This document shows, piece by piece, positions 61,559 through 64,000 of a DNA stretch of 64,000 nucleotides; position 1 is the stretch's first letter; each line of letters begins with the position of its first letter. The stretch comes from Nannocystis sp. SCPEA4 (GTDB taxonomy: Bacteria; Myxococcota_A; Polyangia; Nannocystales; Nannocystaceae): NCBI RefSeq assembly GCF_026626685.1, contig NZ_JAPNJX010000021.1, positions 41,329-105,328 of the forward strand, written 5' to 3'. The notes below the pieces were generated by a model. It was not told the DNA's origin and made no database searches. It saw only the letters and a program-made list of their open reading frames with translations. Made by a program: the position numbers and the translations under genes.

Positions 61559-62641
61559 TCAGCGTATCCCCGGAATGATGTCGAGCGAGGCGAGAAAGCG
61601 CCCGAGCTCGCGAATGTAGTCGCGCCGTCCGAGCTGCAGAAAGTGCCCCCCCGTGAAGCGAAACCGCCGGGGCCGCTGCCAGTGCTCCCACAGCAGGTCC
61701 GCATGCGCATCGGTAACCAGCGCGTCGCCGCGAGCCGTCACGACCAGACGGCGCTCCCACGGCACCTTCGGCGCGTACGACAGCGGGCTGTGCAGCGCCC
61801 ACGACTGGTGAAAGCGCTCGCGCGTCATCCCGAGCGCCTCCGCCTGGCGGCGGAACGGGTCGCCCTCCCCGTGATCCCACAGCAGGTACGCGAACGACGC
61901 CGGCGCCATGATCGGGACCACGAACGACAGCCGCGGATCGATCGAGGCGATCAGCGCCGACGTGTAGCCGCCGAGGCTCGATCCCATCATCCCGAGCGGC
62001 GCCGGGCTGTGGCGCAGGATCGCCGTGATCGCCGCGCGCACGTCCTGGGCCGTCTGGATGAACGCCTCGTTGGTGCGCACCAGGTCGGTCGACGGGAACA
62101 GCTCGCCGGAGAAGCGCGCCGCCGTCGGCTTGCGCGCGCTGTGGTACGGCTGGACGTAGAAGTACACGTCGAGCCCGAGGTCGCGGTAGAGCGTCGAGAT
62201 GCTGAACTCGATCTCGTGCAGGCGGCGGTGACCCACGCACCAGCCGTGCGCCAGCAGGATCGACGCCGGCGCCGGGCGGTCGTGCTGCCACGCGTGCAGG
62301 TGCACCGTGTCGACGCGGTCGTAGCTGGCGTACTCGCGCGCGTAGTCGGGGTCGCGCGGGCGGTACGGCGACGCGAACGTGAAGTGGGTCGCGCGGCCGT
62401 CGGCCAGGCGGCGCACCGACAGCGGGGCCAGGCGCGGCGGCGCGGCCGGGGGCGCGAGCATGCGATCGGGCTCGGCCAGCACCGCGGGGTCGGTGTAGCG
62501 GCCGACGGCCTCGAGCCGCCGCTCGTGTTCGGCGCGGGCGAGGCGGTCGAGCTCGTTGCGCTGCATGAGGACGCGGCGCAGGCCGTGGCGCATGACACGG
62601 TCGAAGCGGGCGCAGGCGTGGTCGGCGAGGGCGCTGAACAT
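61559..62641 (-). CDS. Alpha/beta hydrolase
   Basis: GSSLGG nucleophile elbow. HGW oxyanion region. Start at ATG 62641. Confidence 0.65.
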   Translation of the reverse strand: MFSALADHACARFDRVMRHGLRRVLMQRNELDRLARAEHERRLEAVGRYTDPAVLAEPDRMLAPPAAPPRLAPLSVRRLADGRATHFTFASPYRPRDPDYAREYASYDRVDTVHLHAWQHDRPAPASILLAHGWCVGHRRLHEIEFSISTLYRDLGLDVYFYVQPYHSARKPTAARFSGELFPSTDLVRTNEAFIQTAQDVRAAITAILRHSPAPLGMMGSSLGGYTSALIASIDPRLSFVVPIMAPASFAYLLWDHGEGDPFRRQAEALGMTRERFHQSWALHSPLSYAPKVPWERRLVVTARGDALVTDAHADLLWEHWQRPRRFRFTGGHFLQLGRRDYIRELGRFLASLDIIPGIR

Positions 62642-62737
62642 GCGGGTCTCGATTTTCGTTGTAGGCGCGCGGACGGCGTTTGAGAAGCGAAACCTGGCCT
62701 TGCGCACGGGGGCCGGCCGGTGCGAGGCTGGCTGCGC

Positions 62738-64000
62738 ATGCGAGTCGCGGTGGCCGGAGCGAGCGGGTTCATCGGACAGGCGACCGTGGCGGCGCTGCTG
62801 CAGGCGGGGCACGAGGTGGTCGGGCTGTCGCGGGGCCGTCGCGGCCGGGCCGAGCGCGCCGGGCTGACCTGGCGTGAGGTCGACGTCGGCCGCGGCGGCC
62901 CCGAGCTGGCAGCGGCGATCGCGGGCTGTACGGCGGTGGTCAACCTGGTGGGCATCAAGCGGCCCGAGCGCGAACAATCATTCGCGGCGGCCCACGTGGC
63001 GACGGTCGAGGCGATCGCGGCGGCGATGCAGGCCGCGGGGGTGCGGCGGCTGGTCCACGTCAGCGTGGCCGGACCGCGGGCGGAGCCGCGGGACCCGGGC
63101 CCGTACATGGCGAGCAAGCGCGCGGGAGAACGAACGGTCATGTCCTCGGGGACAGATTGGACGATCCTCCGCCCGGGGCCGGTGGCCGGGCCCGGCGACG
63201 ACTTCGTGCGCAACCTGGCGGCGACGATCCGCCACGCCGGGGTGTTCCCCGCGCCCGACGGGGGGAGGGCCCCGCTGATGCCGGTGCTGGTCGAGGACGT
63301 CGCCCTGGCCGTGGTCGCGGCGCTCGAGCGGCCGGCGGCGATCGGGCGCAGCTACGACGTCGTCGGGCCGGAGATCTTGACCCTGCGCGAGGTGGTCCAG
63401 CGGGTCGCCGACGCGATCGGGCTGCCGCTCACGCTGGTGCCCTGCCCTGCCCCGCTGCTGGCGGTCGCCGTGACCGCGCTGGAGAAGCTGCCCGATCCGC
63501 TGCTCACGCGGGCGCAGCTCGGGCTGCTCCGCCACGGGCTGGTCGGCGATCCGGGGCCTGCCGCCGCGGAGCTCGGCGTGGTGACGCGGCCGCTCGGGCC
63601 CGAGCGGATCGTCGCGCTCGCGGCCGGGGTCGAGCCGTGGCTGGGCCTGTCGCTGCGGCTGCGACGAGGCGACGAGGACATGTTTTTCAGAACATGTTCT
63701 AAAGGCCTAGTCCACGTCGCGTGGCTGGTGCCGCTGGCGATCGCGCTGATCTGGGCCCTGGGCGGGCTGACGGAGCACGTGTGGTATCGGATGCTGGCGG
63801 CCAACCTGGTGCTCGTGCCGCTGTGCCTGGCGACGGTGCGGCTGCCGTGGGCAGCTCTTTGGCGGCCGAGCGGGCGGGCGCTGCTGCAAGGGGTGCTCGC
63901 GGCCATCGTGCTGCTCGCGGCCGGCTGGGTCGGCAGCCGGGTCCTGTTCGCGCTGACGCCGGAGGCGCGCGTCGAGGTGGCCGCGGTGTACGGCTGGGTC
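62738..64000 (+). CDS. NAD(P)-binding NmrA/epimerase-like domain fused to C-terminal membrane domain (partial, runs off window)
   Basis: VAGASGFIGQATVAAL Rossmann. After ~310 aa, hydrophobic helices (VHVAWLVPLAIALIWALGG...). No stop codon before the window end. Confidence 0.55.
   Translation, partial: MRVAVAGASGFIGQATVAALLQAGHEVVGLSRGRRGRAERAGLTWREVDVGRGGPELAAAIAGCTAVVNLVGIKRPEREQSFAAAHVATVEAIAAAMQAAGVRRLVHVSVAGPRAEPRDPGPYMASKRAGERTVMSSGTDWTILRPGPVAGPGDDFVRNLAATIRHAGVFPAPDGGRAPLMPVLVEDVALAVVAALERPAAIGRSYDVVGPEILTLREVVQRVADAIGLPLTLVPCPAPLLAVAVTALEKLPDPLLTRAQLGLLRHGLVGDPGPAAAELGVVTRPLGPERIVALAAGVEPWLGLSLRLRRGDEDMFFRTCSKGLVHVAWLVPLAIALIWALGGLTEHVWYRMLAANLVLVPLCLATVRLPWAALWRPSGRALLQGVLAAIVLLAAGWVGSRVLFALTPEARVEVAAVYGWV

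Overview
This is a 64 kb window of about 70% GC bacterial chromosome, and almost every long ORF has out-of-frame shadow ORFs that I treated as artefacts. Gene content points to a Myxococcota-type genome. Supporting evidence includes a complete gspC-to-gspN type II secretion cluster, two NtrC-type sigma54 enhancer-binding regulators, and lipoproteins with Thr/Ser-rich linkers. There is also a Myxococcales-type Cys-rich repeat (C..G..D.GE.CDDGN), SBBP and LRR repeat proteins, and low-complexity Pro/Ala/Ser tails.

The main blocks in order are:
- 371-6505: sugar nucleotide metabolism and export, with a UDPGP-family pyrophosphorylase, pgi, a MATE exporter and a DUF1963 protein.
- 7167-11189: housekeeping genes meaB, prmA, rsmE and an RDD protein.
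- 11186-16258: a 1690 aa multidomain protein with a GspE-N-like N-terminus, a very long Pro/Ala/Ser low-complexity region and C-terminal HEAT repeats.
- 22679-39068: the complete T2SS operon gspN-M-L-K-J-I-H-G-F-E-D-C on the minus strand, bracketed by two sigma54-dependent response regulators.
- 39234-43500: a putative DPPY-motif methyltransferase, a large acyl-CoA dehydrogenase and a 2OG-Fe(II) oxygenase.
- 43554-48506: a lipoprotein, a quinone oxidoreductase, a PaiB regulator and an SBBP lipoprotein.
- 48825-50859: a sirtuin and a phytochelatin-synthase-like protein.
- 51222-57621: two alpha/beta hydrolases, then a PHA module of phaC, a short coiled-coil partner, an acyl-CoA synthetase and phaR.
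- 57785-64000: an internalin-like LRR lipoprotein, a Cys-rich lipoprotein, another alpha/beta hydrolase and a partial NmrA/epimerase-like protein fused to a membrane domain.

Two things are not explained by the gene calls.
- A roughly 297 bp, highly conserved, hairpin-rich interspersed element is present in three copies at 1569-1865, 6651-6950 (inverted) and 61172-61466. Two copies are abutted by tandem repeats, one of which is built from the element's own terminal sequence.
- A short palindromic half-site family (GGACAT / ATGTCC) is heavily over-represented. It appears as GGACATGTCC, ATGTCC-N4-GGACAT, CTGTCC-N4-GGACAG and GGGACAT direct repeats. It clusters in convergent intergenic regions and is also embedded in frame inside coding sequence, where it generates low-complexity peptide repeats such as PVSSDS.

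No rRNA, tRNA, CRISPR array or transposase was found.
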